A stretch of 64,000 nt of DNA from Octopus bimaculoides (GCF_001194135.2 NC_068993.1:30269874-30333873), one strand, 5' to 3'; positions 51,940-62,562 are shown, counted from the first letter of the stretch. Made by a program: numbers and translations. The notes: a model not told the origin generated them from the letters alone.

Positions 51940-54460
51940 TAGATTTTTAGGAGTGTATAGGCAAGCCGAGAATTTCCAACCCTCTCATTTAGTAATTGTT
52001 TAGTAGAAAAAATGGATACTATAGCACTCTGATGGTAAGATGATGGTAAGATTTTGCAGAACATATAATCTTCCATGTAATTTTCAAACTGATGTTACTG
52101 ACTTTTAACTTCTTGATGAATTTACTAAGACTAGTCGAAGAACGGTTATTGGGTTTTCTAAAAGATCATTTATGGTTGGCCAAGCTAAGTTTCACATATG
52201 ATTCCGTAGAACCAATGTAGAAAACGAGTTTATCTTCAGCTTCAACTATAATTTGATTTATTAAATTATTCCGTGTGCAATAATTATTAAATTCACATTG
52301 TTCTTTAAACCTACAATTAAAGAACTTACTAAGATTATCACTAGAATTAGTAGGTGGGTTTTGAGCAGTAGGCTCCCTTTGATTGTTTATATTAAAATAT
52401 TTGGACTTAGTTTTATCTGGTATATTATGTGTTTGTTTAATATTGGGAATATTAAGTTTTCGCTTTACGTAAAATTATCTAATTTTGCATAATTCATGGA
52501 AGATATTTATCTAAACAAATTACGGAAAACAGAATGATCAAATCTAAAGTGTCTGTTTTGAATTATGTCACTATATTTGTTTTTATTATGAGGGAAGTGT
52601 TTGTTTATTAGCCAACGTATGAATTTAATTAAGTTTGTTTTTACTTGCATAGCGAAGGGCAATATTAACCAGATAATATTCTCCTTTATTTTATTTTTAC
52701 TAGAATTGAGATTAACATAATTTATTATAGTGGATTTTATATGAGGCATATAATTTTTTATATTTTATTTTTATATTGTAATTAGTGTTAATGTTACTAT
52801 TATTATTGTATGGTCTCATGTTTTAATTGATCTGGTGAATGGCTAATTTATCATTTATATTTTTCTGATTCTGCTCATAACCTGCTTTTGGTTTATTATG
52901 TTTGGGGTGTAATATATGTATGCTTATATTGTTATTATCAATATTAGGATATGCGTTAGTCTTAAGGTCTCTCTTTGTCGTTTCTACTACCCTATTTCTA
53001 TGCTGGTTATTTTTGTTCAGTATATAGTTATAATATAATCTATTAGCTGTTTTATCCGAATTTATTGTATCAATCATAGCTTTAGTGTTAAGAATTTTCA
53101 TATCTAGGTTATATTTTTCTCCATGTAGATGTTTATGTTTGTTATTAATCGTATGTGAACCATGCTTAATATATTAAATTTTCTGTTTGTGCCCTGTTTT
53201 TACCAATGCAATATTATATAATTTCTTGCTGTCGTTAAAGATATCTTCGTTAAATGAGAGGTAATGTATTCTTTTTCTATGTTATTAACTAAACAATTAG
53301 CAATAGATTTTGGGTGATTTCTTTTTATATTAATGTAAATGATTTGGAATTAGGCATATGAAATGGCGCATATTTTCCAGTATTAAGGTTTAAATTCTCG
53401 TCTAAAATTTAACTGAGTTATGCTGTGTTTCAGTTAAAATTTTAGTCCCAAACGGTTAAAGTACCGGTGGAGCTTTTCCTTGTATAATTCTAGTTTTCTA
53501 TTTGAAGGGTTTTTGATTATGAATAGTGCATCATTCCTATATAGACCACCCACTATTTCTGGAAATTCGCAATAGAATTTATGTTGAATGTATATACAAA
53601 CCAAATCTGAGACTTGGGCTGAATCAGATGATTCCATAGCTATATCAAAGCAGTCATGTGTATCTTTTCAAGCCCATAGTTTATTATCGAACTTAATTAT
53701 TGATTTTCGAGCTGTTAGTGTTTCTTGGACAATTTAGTATTATTTTATAGCCAATATAAGGGCACTATTTAGGACTGTTGGGTTAATTAATGAGTAATAG
53801 TCATTAATAGCTACCTATAAAAATTTGCATTTATTTTTATTTTCTATTTTGTTGAACCAATCTATTGCTTCTTGCGTATTAGAACATAGTTTCAGTTTAA
53901 TTTTGTTCTTAATTTCTTCTATATATTTGTCCATAATACATTTACCTATGTCCGATTTAGCAGGGCAGATTAATCTAACTTTCGTTTTTATTTACAAATT
54001 ATCCGTCTCGTCCTTTAAAGAAATTCTAGGCCTTAAAGGAAAGAAAGGTTCAATTTTATCTTCAATAGCGTAGTGAGTCATAATTTATTTTTTTAGCTTC
54101 AAGATGTTTTGTTCCTAATGTATTTCTACTTACTATCTTATATTTTTTTGGTGATTTCCTTCCCAAGTAGATGGTGAATATAGATTAACATTCAAATTAT
54201 TGATATTTCTTGTTTTATCAGCGTGAACTAAAATACCTTCCTTAGATTTAAAATCCATGATTATTAATCTTAATTTCCGCTGATGTTCATCTATGAGCGG
54301 GTGCTTCACGAATTTGATATTTGATTACTGTTGCGCATAATTCGTCTTCAAAGGTGTCGAGATGTTTGTTAGGTGGTGGGTATCTTCTTGTTTTAAAATA
54401 TTTTTTAATTATATCCATTTCGTTGCTTCTATCATGTTTTATTCCTTTATTTGCTTGTTC

Positions 54461-54518
<58 letters not shown>

Positions 54519-54532
54519 ATACTTACATTCAT
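51940..54532 (-). mobile_element. Second Naiad-like Penelope element, decayed
   Basis: PPPNKHLDTFEDEL, AQVSDLV..GLYRNDAL, IIW..PF..QVKTN..KHFP, NCRFKEQCEFNNYC, FYIGST, TSLSKFI. Confidence 0.8.
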
Positions 54533-54575
54533 CTTGCTGATTCCCTCAGTTTCACTTTGAAATGGCAGAGAGTAA

Positions 54576-54661
54576 GGACCCTGACGAAACTGCAGCGACC
54601 ATCACACCAGGTTGCATATCCAACAGTATGTAGTGGATGCAGTTGAAAAGCGCGTACGTCC
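54576..54661 (+). ncRNA. Type I hammerhead-like ribozyme with branched, expanded stem II
   Basis: ggacc-CTGACGA-aactgca(43 nt)tgcagtt-GAAA-agcgcg-TA-cgtcc; one mismatch in stem I and one in stem III. Confidence 0.7.
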
Positions 54662-54747
54662 AGAAAAGGATGCAGTAAATAACTGTCAAAATAAAATTAT
54701 GTATATGAAAAATCTCCGTTGTTCTTATCATTATTAATATTATATAA

Positions 54748-54966
54748 AGGCGGTGAGCTGGCACAATCGTTAGCACGCTGGGCGAAATACGTAGCGGTAT
54801 TTCGCCCGTTCGCTACGTTCTGAGCTCAAATTCTGCAGGGTCGACTTTGACTTTCATCCTTTCGGAGTCGATAAATTAAGTACCAGTTGCATACTGGGGT
54901 CGATCTAATCGACTAGACCCCTCCCCCAAAAGTTCAAGTCTTGTACCTATGGTAGAAAGGATTATT
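54748..54966 (+). mobile_element. SINE family B, full length
   Basis: ggcggtgagctggcacaatcgttagcacg..tagaaaggattatt. Confidence 0.9.
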
Positions 54967-54970
54967 AATA

Positions 54971-55012
<42 letters not shown>

Positions 55013-55059
55013 CAGATATCGTGGTCATTTGTAGTGTATGGGTTAGGGATTTACGTTCT

Positions 55060-56030
55060 TTTTCCTAGAACCCAAGTTAAGCAATATTTTGCTCCAGACG
55101 GCTTGGTATGTATTCCGTTGTTCCCATAATAATTGATATGAAGCTGAATTATATCTTGGGTACTGGATTTGCAAATTCCTTATCGATGGTCAATTGATGT
55201 CCTCTTTTTCTTGTATTTTTCTAACCATATTCGTATCCTGAGGGTAAATAATTTCCGCAACAGAAGATACCTTCTTGTAGTTGCACAAAACAATATATGG
55301 CTGATTGTATGGCTGTTTAATTTTTAAGTTCCACATATATCCTCTTGGCCCATTCGTTTCAATATAATCAGCTTCGTCTATAAGTGTTTTCTCTCATGTT
55401 ATTCTGCTTCAGATTGTTCTGGTCACTGCGTCATACCTCATGGGAAAATAATATCTGGAAGAGAGTCTTTCGCTGTAGGCAGTAATATGTTTGATATCTT
55501 CAGTCTTGGTCTGTCAATGTTTTCTGCTTTTTATGTATATCATGCTAAGCATCTGACAATGACCATTTGCTTGTATTTGTTTGTGATTTTCGTACCAATT
55601 ACCGACGTACTATCTTGTGTTGTTAACTTCATGGTCACAAACTTAGGTAAGATAGTTACTGGTCTCTTCCCTCTGCTGCAGATGTTGTTTCCGTGTCGTA
55701 ATACGTGCTTCATATGACATCAATACAGGTTTGAGACCACGGCCACCGTCCTTGCGTGCGAAGTAAAGTGTCTACATCTTCAATGATGTTGAGGTTACAT
55801 GTAACAATGAACGGCTCGCGAATTCTAACATCTATCACGTGAGGACAGACACTGCAGGGGTATTGTGGGCAATATGCTGTTGTAAGTTGAGAGTTCTGAT
55901 GACAAATATTCTCTTTCCTCTCCCGATGCTCTCCTTATTTATGGACCCATCATATCTGACATTTTCAGCCTGTTCAACACACCTATAATTGTCACCTGAA
56001 TGTAGAGGATGCACCATCAAGCCGTTCATT
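55060..56030 (-). mobile_element. Decayed RLE-type LINE (thumb, zinc knuckle, endonuclease end)
   Basis: IAHNTPAVSVLT, LYFARKDGGRGL, EDIKHI..SSRYYFPMRYD, IIMGTTEYIP. Confidence 0.6.
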
Positions 56031-56040
56031 TTTAGGTTTT

Positions 56041-56097
56041 CAGAGAAGAGCACAACTGTCAGAGAAGAGCACAACTGTCAGAGAAGAGCACAATTGT
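56041..56097. repeat. 19-bp minisatellite, three copies
   Basis: CAGAGAAGAGCACAACTGT x3, third copy with one substitution. Confidence 0.9.
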
Positions 56098-56174
56098 CAA
56101 AAAGGCACATTTGCGCTCATCAAATTTCATTCCAATGTCTTCAGAAAATTGGGTAATGGGCTTCAATTGTTTAT

Positions 56175-56340
56175 TTTGGTTTGCTTACATCCCCGTAACT
56201 TAGCGGTTGGGCATTAAGGGTGCGATAGAATAAGTACCAGACTTACAAAAAATGTACTAGGGCCAATTTGTTCGACTAAATCCTTTAATGCGGTACCCCA
56301 GCATGCTCGCAGTCTAATGAATGGAACAAGTAAAAGAAGG
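56175..56340 (+). mobile_element. SINE family A, 3' part
   Basis: ccccgtaacttagcggtt..gatagaataagtacc..ttcgactaaa..aacaagtaaaag. Confidence 0.8.
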
Positions 56341-56587
56341 AGGATAACTCACGAATAGGGAAAAAGATTTAGAGCAAAGTGGACAAGGTCAGCGAATATT
56401 AAATTTGTTTGTAAAGTACGTGAGTTTAAAATGAACCATTTACACTTACATCATCAGGTAAGCAAGCTTCTGTGTTCCCTTGAAGTTTTAATGCCTTAAA
56501 ATCCTATCTGCTGTATTACTGTGTCATATTCTGTAAGTTAGTTCTGTCACTTTCTTTAAATATTTTTGCTTTTGTTTTTTCTCATAG

Positions 56588-56655
56588 AACAAGTCACAAC
56601 AGTGAATGTACAACTCTATATTAACAGCTTCGATTCCATAAACGAACAAACAATG
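56588..56655 (+). CDS. Glycine receptor alpha-like Cys-loop channel; 68-nt exon (EQVTTVNVQLYINSFDSINEQTM)
   Basis: tttttctcatag acceptor, ATG|GTAAGA donor; peptide resembles GlyR [23 protein letters not shown]; phase 1 in, phase 0 out; not in the supplied ORF track. Confidence 0.93.
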
Positions 56656-56997
56656 GTAAGAGATTTCAGCAACAATATTGATTTCTAACATTGTCCTTTA
56701 CTTGGGTATGGAGAAGGAGTAGAGTAATTTAAGTCGATGTCATTACGGTATTGGTATTTATATTGTTGGACCCGGAATATTGATAACCACGATAAAGTCA
56801 AAACCGGAAGTTTTTTTAATTCAGAACGAAGAAGGAAATAACAAAATATTATAAAACATCTTTTCCGACGCTCTAACAAATCTGTCAAAATGCACTACAC
56901 TTTCTAACAATGGTTGTTCCGGTTAAAGACAAAATGCTTGAACATTATTTACATTATTTACATTTGACGGATATTTATCCTCATCTTGTTTGCTGTT

Positions 56998-57043
56998 AAC
57001 ACAACGTTTCGGCTGATATACCCTCCAGCCTTCATCAGGTGTC
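56998..57043 (-). ncRNA. Minimal (dimer-type) type I hammerhead ribozyme inside SINE C
   Basis: gacac-CTGATGA-a-ggctg(gagggtatat)cagcc-GAAA-cg-TT-gtgtt: stem I 5 bp, stem II 5 bp, palindromic ACGT stem III, GUU site. Confidence 0.75.
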
Positions 57044-57112
57044 TTGGGGAAATTTCGAACCTGGGTTCTCATTCCTAAGTTATTTTTCGATGTTACTATT
57101 ATTATTATTTTA

Positions 57113-57450
57113 TGTTTGACTTTTGCTTTGCATTTGTACAAGTTGGATCCAAGTCTCACCCAGAGACCTCAAGAGACAACAAGTTAGAAGTTCATGTAGG
57201 TGTCATGCCTAGGGTACCATANNNNNNNNNNNNNNNNNNNNNNNNNNNNNNNNNNNNNNNNNNNNNNNNNNNNNNNNNNNNNNNNNNNNNNNNNNNNNNN
57301 NNNNNNNNNNNNNNNNNNNNNNNNNNNNNNNNNNNNNNNNNNNNNNNNNNNNNNNNNNNNNNNNNNNNNNNNNNNNNNNNNNNNNNNNNNNNNNNNNNNN
57401 NNNNNNNNNNNNNATCTGAGCTAGGTAGTAATCAGCCCGTTTCGCTGTCA
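57113..57450 (-). mobile_element. Probable R4-like LINE 3' fragment nested in the (AAT)n tract of SINE C
   Basis: Bounded by (AAT)n on both sides; starts with an SET..AQD-like remnant and ends caaagcaaaagtcaaacataaaataataat; middle lies in a gap. Confidence 0.55.
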
Positions 57451-57468
57451 TTATTATTATTATTATCA

Positions 57469-57546
<78 letters not shown>

Positions 57547-57699
57547 TCACTGTCTGGAATCGAACTCGGAAACTAGGGGTTAGTAGCCCGCGCTCTTAAC
57601 CACTACGCCATATGTCCGTGGGCAATTATGCTTGAAATTTTGCGGGTAGGGCGTTACTCGATACCGTCGACTTCATTACTTGATTGGTACTTTATCTTA

Positions 57700-57908
57700 T
57701 CGATCCTGAGGCATAAGGCCTGAAATTTGGTGAAGGAATATAGTCGAATACATCGACCCCAGTCTTACACTAGTACTTATTTTATTGATTCCAAAAGGAT
57801 GAAAAACAAAGTCGACCTCGGTGGAATATGAACTTAGAATGTAACGTCTGACGAAATACCGCTAAGCATTTCACCCGACGTGCTAACGACTGCTGTTAGC
57901 TCGCCGCC

Positions 57909-57910
<2 letters not shown>
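57700..57910 (-). mobile_element. SINE family B
   Basis: Reverse-complement match to the family B unit. Confidence 0.85.
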
Positions 57911-57961
<51 letters not shown>

Positions 57962-57966
<5 letters not shown>

Positions 57967-59345
57967 ACTAGGAATCAATGAACTAGATAGGATACAACAC
58001 ACACAAATGAAAGAGAAAATAAAGAAAGAATACTATAGACGAGTTAGATCAACACTGAAAACAGAGCTCAATGCTAAAAACAAGTTAATAGGTATAAACA
58101 CTTTAGCCGTCCCAGTTATAAGTTACAGCTACAATATCCTTAACTGGACCCAAAATCTGACATAGAAAGGCTATATATACAACGTACAGAAGGTGGTAGA
58201 GGCCTTATACAGCTGGAAAGCTATTATAAAATAACCACCATAGGACTGCAAAAATACCTACTTCAGAAGCAAGGAAAACTAATACAAATAGCCACAAAAC
58301 ACGAGCAAAACAAAAAACTGTTTTCAGTATTTAAGGAAGCTGACATATACAAACAAGAAATCATNNNNNNNNNNNNNNNNNNNNNNNNNNNNNNNNNNNN
58401 NNNNNNNNNNNNNNNNNNNNNNNNNNNNNNNNNNNNNNNNNNNNNNNNNNNNNNNNNNNNNNNNNNNNNNNNNNNNNNNNNNNNNNNNNNNNNNNNNNNN
58501 NNNNNNNNNNNNNNNNNNNNNNNNNNNNNNNNNNNNNNNNNNNNNNNNNNNNNNNNNNNNNNNNNNNNNNNNNNNNNNNNNNNNNNNNNNNNNNNNNNNN
58601 NNNNNNNNNNNNNNNNNNNNNNNNNNNNNNNNNNNNNNNNNNNNNNNNNNNNNNNNNNNNNNNNNNNNNNNNNNNNNNNNNNNNNNNNNNNNNNNNNNNN
58701 NNNNNNNNNNNNNNNNNNNNNNNNNNNNNNNNNNNNNNNNNNNNNNNNNNNNNNNNNNNNNNNNNNNNNNNNNNNNNNNNNNNNNNNNNNNNNNNNNNNN
58801 NNNNNNNNNNNNNNNNNNNNNNNNNNNNNNNNNNNNNNNNNNNNNNNNNNNNNNNNNNNNNNNNNNNNNNNNNNNNNNNNNNNNNNNNNNNNNNNNNNNN
58901 NNNNNNNNNNNNNNNNNNNNNNNNNNNNNNNNNNNNNNNNNNNNNNNNNNNNNNNNNNNNNNNNNNNNNNNNNNNNNNNNNNNNNNNNNNNNNNNNNNNN
59001 NNNNNNNNNNNNNNNNNNNNNNNNNNNNNNNNNNNNNNNNNNNNNNNNNNNNNNNNNNNNNNNNNNNNNNNNNNNNNNNNNNNNNNNNNNNNNNNNNNNN
59101 NNNNNNNNNNNNNNNNNNNNNNNNNNNNNNNNNNNNNNNNNNNNNNNNNNNNNNNNNNNNNNNNNNNNNNNNNNNNNNNNNNNNNNNNNNNNNNNNNNNN
59201 NNNNNNNNNNNNNNNNNNNNNNNNNNNNNNNNNNTTCAATACAGTAACCATAAGAGCATCACAGCAAACCACAGCACATACCCAAGGCACACAGAGCTGC
59301 CCTCGGTAGTGAAGTGAAAGCACGCTATAAAAATAAAACTACTGA
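57962..59345 (+). mobile_element. 5'-truncated R4/Dong LINE flanked on both sides by (TAA)n
   Basis: ELGINE..KEYYRRVRSTLKTELNAKNKLIGINTLAVPVISYSY, LYIQRTEGGRGL; (TAA)n at 57910-57962 and 59346-59445; middle lies in a gap. Confidence 0.85.
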
Positions 59346-59387
59346 GTAATAATAATAATAATGATAATAATAACAATAATAATAATG

Positions 59388-59439
<52 letters not shown>

Positions 59440-59445
59440 TAATAA

Positions 59446-59592
59446 TCCTTTCTACTGAATGCACAAGGTCTGATTTTTGTGGGGAAGGGACTAATTAACT
59501 GCACCTATCCCAGTGTTTCACTGGTACTTAATTTATCCACCTCGAAAGGATGAGAGGTAAAGTCAACCTCGGTGGAATTTGAACTCAGAATA
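59446..59592 (-). mobile_element. SINE family B, 3' part
   Basis: Reverse-complement match; its ATT tail is continuous with the (TAA)n tract at 59346-59445. Confidence 0.8.
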
Positions 59593-59606
59593 TAAATATG
59601 CCTCCA

Positions 59607-59758
59607 TCCATCCATCCATCCATCCATCCATCAATTCTCCTACCCGTCCATCCATCCATCCATCCATCCGTCCGTCCGTCCGTCCGTCCGTCCGTTCGTC
59701 CGTCCGTCCGTCCGTCTGTCAGTTCGTCCATCTGTCTGTCCGTCTGTCCGTTCGTCCG

Positions 59759-59821
<63 letters not shown>

Positions 59822-59848
59822 GTCTGTCTGTCTGTCTGTCTGTCTGAC

Positions 59849-59880
<32 letters not shown>

Positions 59881-59905
59881 CGTGCGTCCGTCCGTCTGTC
59901 CGTCC

Positions 59906-59966
<61 letters not shown>

Positions 59967-59983
59967 TCTTTTCTATCTATCTA
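59607..59983 (+). repeat. Compound tetranucleotide microsatellite (TCCA/TCCG/TCTG/TCTA) abutting the splice acceptor
   Basis: Directly visible; ends 1-2 nt before CAG|GAT. Confidence 0.95.
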
Positions 59984-59986
59984 CAG

Positions 59987-60213
59987 GATTATTCAATAAG
60001 CACATTTATCACACAAGAGTGGACAGATGAAAGACTCAAGTTTTTCGGATTGATCGAAGCGAAATACTTCGAATTAGACGTAAAATTGATCGAGAAAATC
60101 TGGGTTCCTGATCTTTACTTTCCAAACGAAAAGAAAGCCCATTTCCATGAAGTAACAGTGCCTAATCGAATGTTACATATATATGACGACGGGTCGATAA
60201 CATATAGAGCAAG
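59987..60213 (+). CDS. Glycine receptor alpha-like Cys-loop channel; loop D/A/E exon ([12 protein letters not shown]...[39 protein letters not shown])
   Basis: ctacag acceptor, AG|GTATGT donor, 227 nt (phase 0 in, phase 2 out); WxPD..F.NEK.A.FHEVT motif typical of GlyR/GluCl/GABA-A-type anion channels. Confidence 0.95.
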
Positions 60214-60250
60214 GTATGTAACTGAAAATTGATATGTAGCTGAAAATGAA

Positions 60251-60478
60251 TACAGTAATCCCTCGACTACCGCGGGTGTTACGTTCCAAACCCCACGCGA
60301 TAGGTCAAACTCCGTGAAGTGGAAGCAGTACTGTACTGTATATATTTTTAAAAATCATTTTTATAATTTGTATATATTTACTTTATTATAAATGCAAAAC
60401 AACACGGTGGAGGAATCGAAGTGGCCTTAAATAATAAACCGCGATAGGTGAACCGCGATATGGCGAGGGAATGCTGTA
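60251..60478. mobile_element. pogo/Tigger-like MITE with TA target duplication
   Basis: TA-CAGTAATCCCTCGACTACCGCGG ... CCGCGATATGGCGAGGGAATGCTG-TA, imperfect TIRs. Confidence 0.8.
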
Positions 60479-61454
60479 GTCTCAATAAAAGAATAAACAA
60501 TTAAGTAAACAAAAGTATAATCTTGAACTAGAATATCATACTGTTGTTTACCTCAATTATGTAATTTCATAATACCTTGTATTGTATAATGTAATATGAC
60601 AATTTGTATGTATGTATCTATAGTTATTTAGTTAAAAGTGAAGAAACTATAGGATAGATCTCTTTATCATGACGTACGTGCAGAACCTGGTAATAGAATG
60701 AATATTGCATGTGCTTCCATTGTAGCATTATTATACGTGAATAGATACATCACAATATATATAAAATAACTAGATTGAAACGGAAAAACCCCATAACCAT
60801 ATTTTTCTTTTGTGGAATATAAACTCGAAATTCTGAATGAACAGATGTAGATTTGGAAAAAAAAAATGCGATTTATATATGAGCGTATTTGGAGGTTTAT
60901 TAGTTGAGTAGCATGGAAAGATACACATTAACTAGAGTGAAACGCGCAAATCTTGGTTTGGCCCAACGGTAAGAAGTGAGCTGCATCGTCAATAGGATGT
61001 GTGTATGTATGTGTGTATGTATGTATGTATGTATGTATGTATGTATGTGTGTATGTATGTGTGTGTGTTCGTGTGTGTATGCGTTGTAGTTTGCTTGAAG
61101 CAAAGCACTACATAAGTGAATATGTATGTATTTATAAGAGTGCATGCAAGTAAATCTTCTTGGTTTAATAGCCTTTCTTTAATGACTTGTAAAGGAACTG
61201 TGACAAGGCCCAGTGACAGTAAGAATATACAGCCAAAATTAAGCTTGTAAGCAGAAAGATTTTGGTCTCCTGTCGTACTAACGAACTGACCATACACTGC
61301 TGATTTTCCTTTGAAGTGGAATGACAACAGATACAAGAGATTAGTAATTTTTGCAGCCTATTTACGACATTATTATCATGTAATTCTCGTTTATTTTCAT
61401 AAAAGTCGAAACAAGTCTGTGGTTAAGAATGAAGTGTATAAGAGGCTTATCTTT

Positions 61455-61815
61455 TGTCTGTTTCATGATTGCAGCCGTGCTGGGGCATCGCCTTGAAGAA
61501 CTGTTAGCCGAATGAATCGACATCAGTACAATTTTTAAAAGCCTGGTAGTAATTGTATCGGTCTCTTTTAGCCGAATCGTTTAGTTAAGGGAACGTAAAC
61601 AAACCAATACCGGTTATCAAACGGTGGTAGGGGTCAAAGACAGAGACAGAGACAAACACACAGACACAAAGACACACACACACATGCACAACAGCTTTCT
61701 TTCAGTTCCCGTCTACCAAATCCACTCACAAGGCTACAATGGAAAGCACTTGCCCAAGGTGTCACGCAGTGGGACTGAACACGGAACCATGTGGTTTTGA
61801 AGCAAGCTTCTTATC
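61455..61815 (-). mobile_element. SINE family A
   Basis: Reverse-complement match from head to tail. Confidence 0.85.
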
Positions 61816-61977
61816 AATATTTATTTTTAAAATCTTCATTATTTTAATTTTGGTATTTTTCTCATTTGTATTGCTTTGTATTTCCGTGTTGTTCTTTGTC
61901 AATGGAACGCAATAAATAGCATAAGGGTATAAAACAACGAGAAACAAAAGATGATCTTGCAGTGCTCTGCATCTTAC

Positions 61978-62090
61978 TCACCTGAAGACGTGCATGTACA
62001 AAGCTATTGCTAGATAATGTTAATGTGTAATACTTGTGTAAAATTCACCAACCAGCAGCTGATCGTGATGCGCCGAAACAATTGTAGTGA
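61978..62090 (+). ncRNA. Type I hammerhead-like ribozyme with expanded stem II
   Basis: tcac-CTGAAGA-cgtgcat(72 nt)atgcgcc-GAAA-caattg-TA-gtga; core intact, palindromic ACAATTGT, GUA site, C.C at the base of stem II. Confidence 0.65.
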
Positions 62091-62134
62091 TTTGGAATGA
62101 AGCCAGTTCATTCAATCTTCTCATATTGATTTCA

Positions 62135-62335
62135 GATTTCAAATTTTGGCACAAAGCCTGAAATTACGTAGGAGGGGCTAAGTTGATGACATCGACCCCT
62201 GTGCTCAAATGGTATTTATTTTATCGACCTGGAAATGACGAAATGTAAGGCCGACATCCGGCAGAATTTGAATTCAAATTTGTGAAGACAGACATTTCGT
62301 CGCTAAGCATTTTGCCTGGCGTGCTAACGGTCGAA
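62135..62335 (-). mobile_element. SINE family B
   Basis: Reverse-complement match to the family B unit. Confidence 0.75.
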
Positions 62336-62501
62336 CCGACTAACCACCTTGATTCCATCTTCTCATATAAAAATTCTTATATATATATATATACATATAT
62401 ATANNNNNNNNNNNNNNNNNNNNNNNNNNNNNNNNNNNNNNNNNNNNNNNNNNNNNNNNNNNNNNNNNNNNNNNNNNNNNNNNNNNNNNNNNNNNNNNNN
62501 N

Positions 62502-62562
<61 letters not shown>

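Larger units (their letters stand above)
56923..57621 (-). mobile_element. tRNA-headed SINE (family C) with an internal (AAT)n tract and a hammerhead in its 3' part; interrupted by an R4-like insert
   Basis: Minus-strand head ggacataTGGCGTAGTGGttaagagcgcggg..cgaGTTCGATTCC (A and B boxes), then (AAT)n, insert, (AAT)n, body and an AT-rich aatgtaaat tail. Confidence 0.65.

Noticed and set aside
52150-52300. Selenocysteine recoding in Naiad zinc-knuckle cysteines
   Set aside because: Cys positions read TGT/TGC here or are point-mutated in the other copy; the one in-frame TGA is at a non-Cys position and looks like decay
57541-57615. tRNA gene (apparent ACT anticodon)
   Set aside because: No acceptor stem or T-run terminator; followed by (AAT)n, so it is a SINE head
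59579-59986. 5' extension of ORF 59579-60232
   Set aside because: Microsatellite read-through; the real exon begins at the acceptor at 59987
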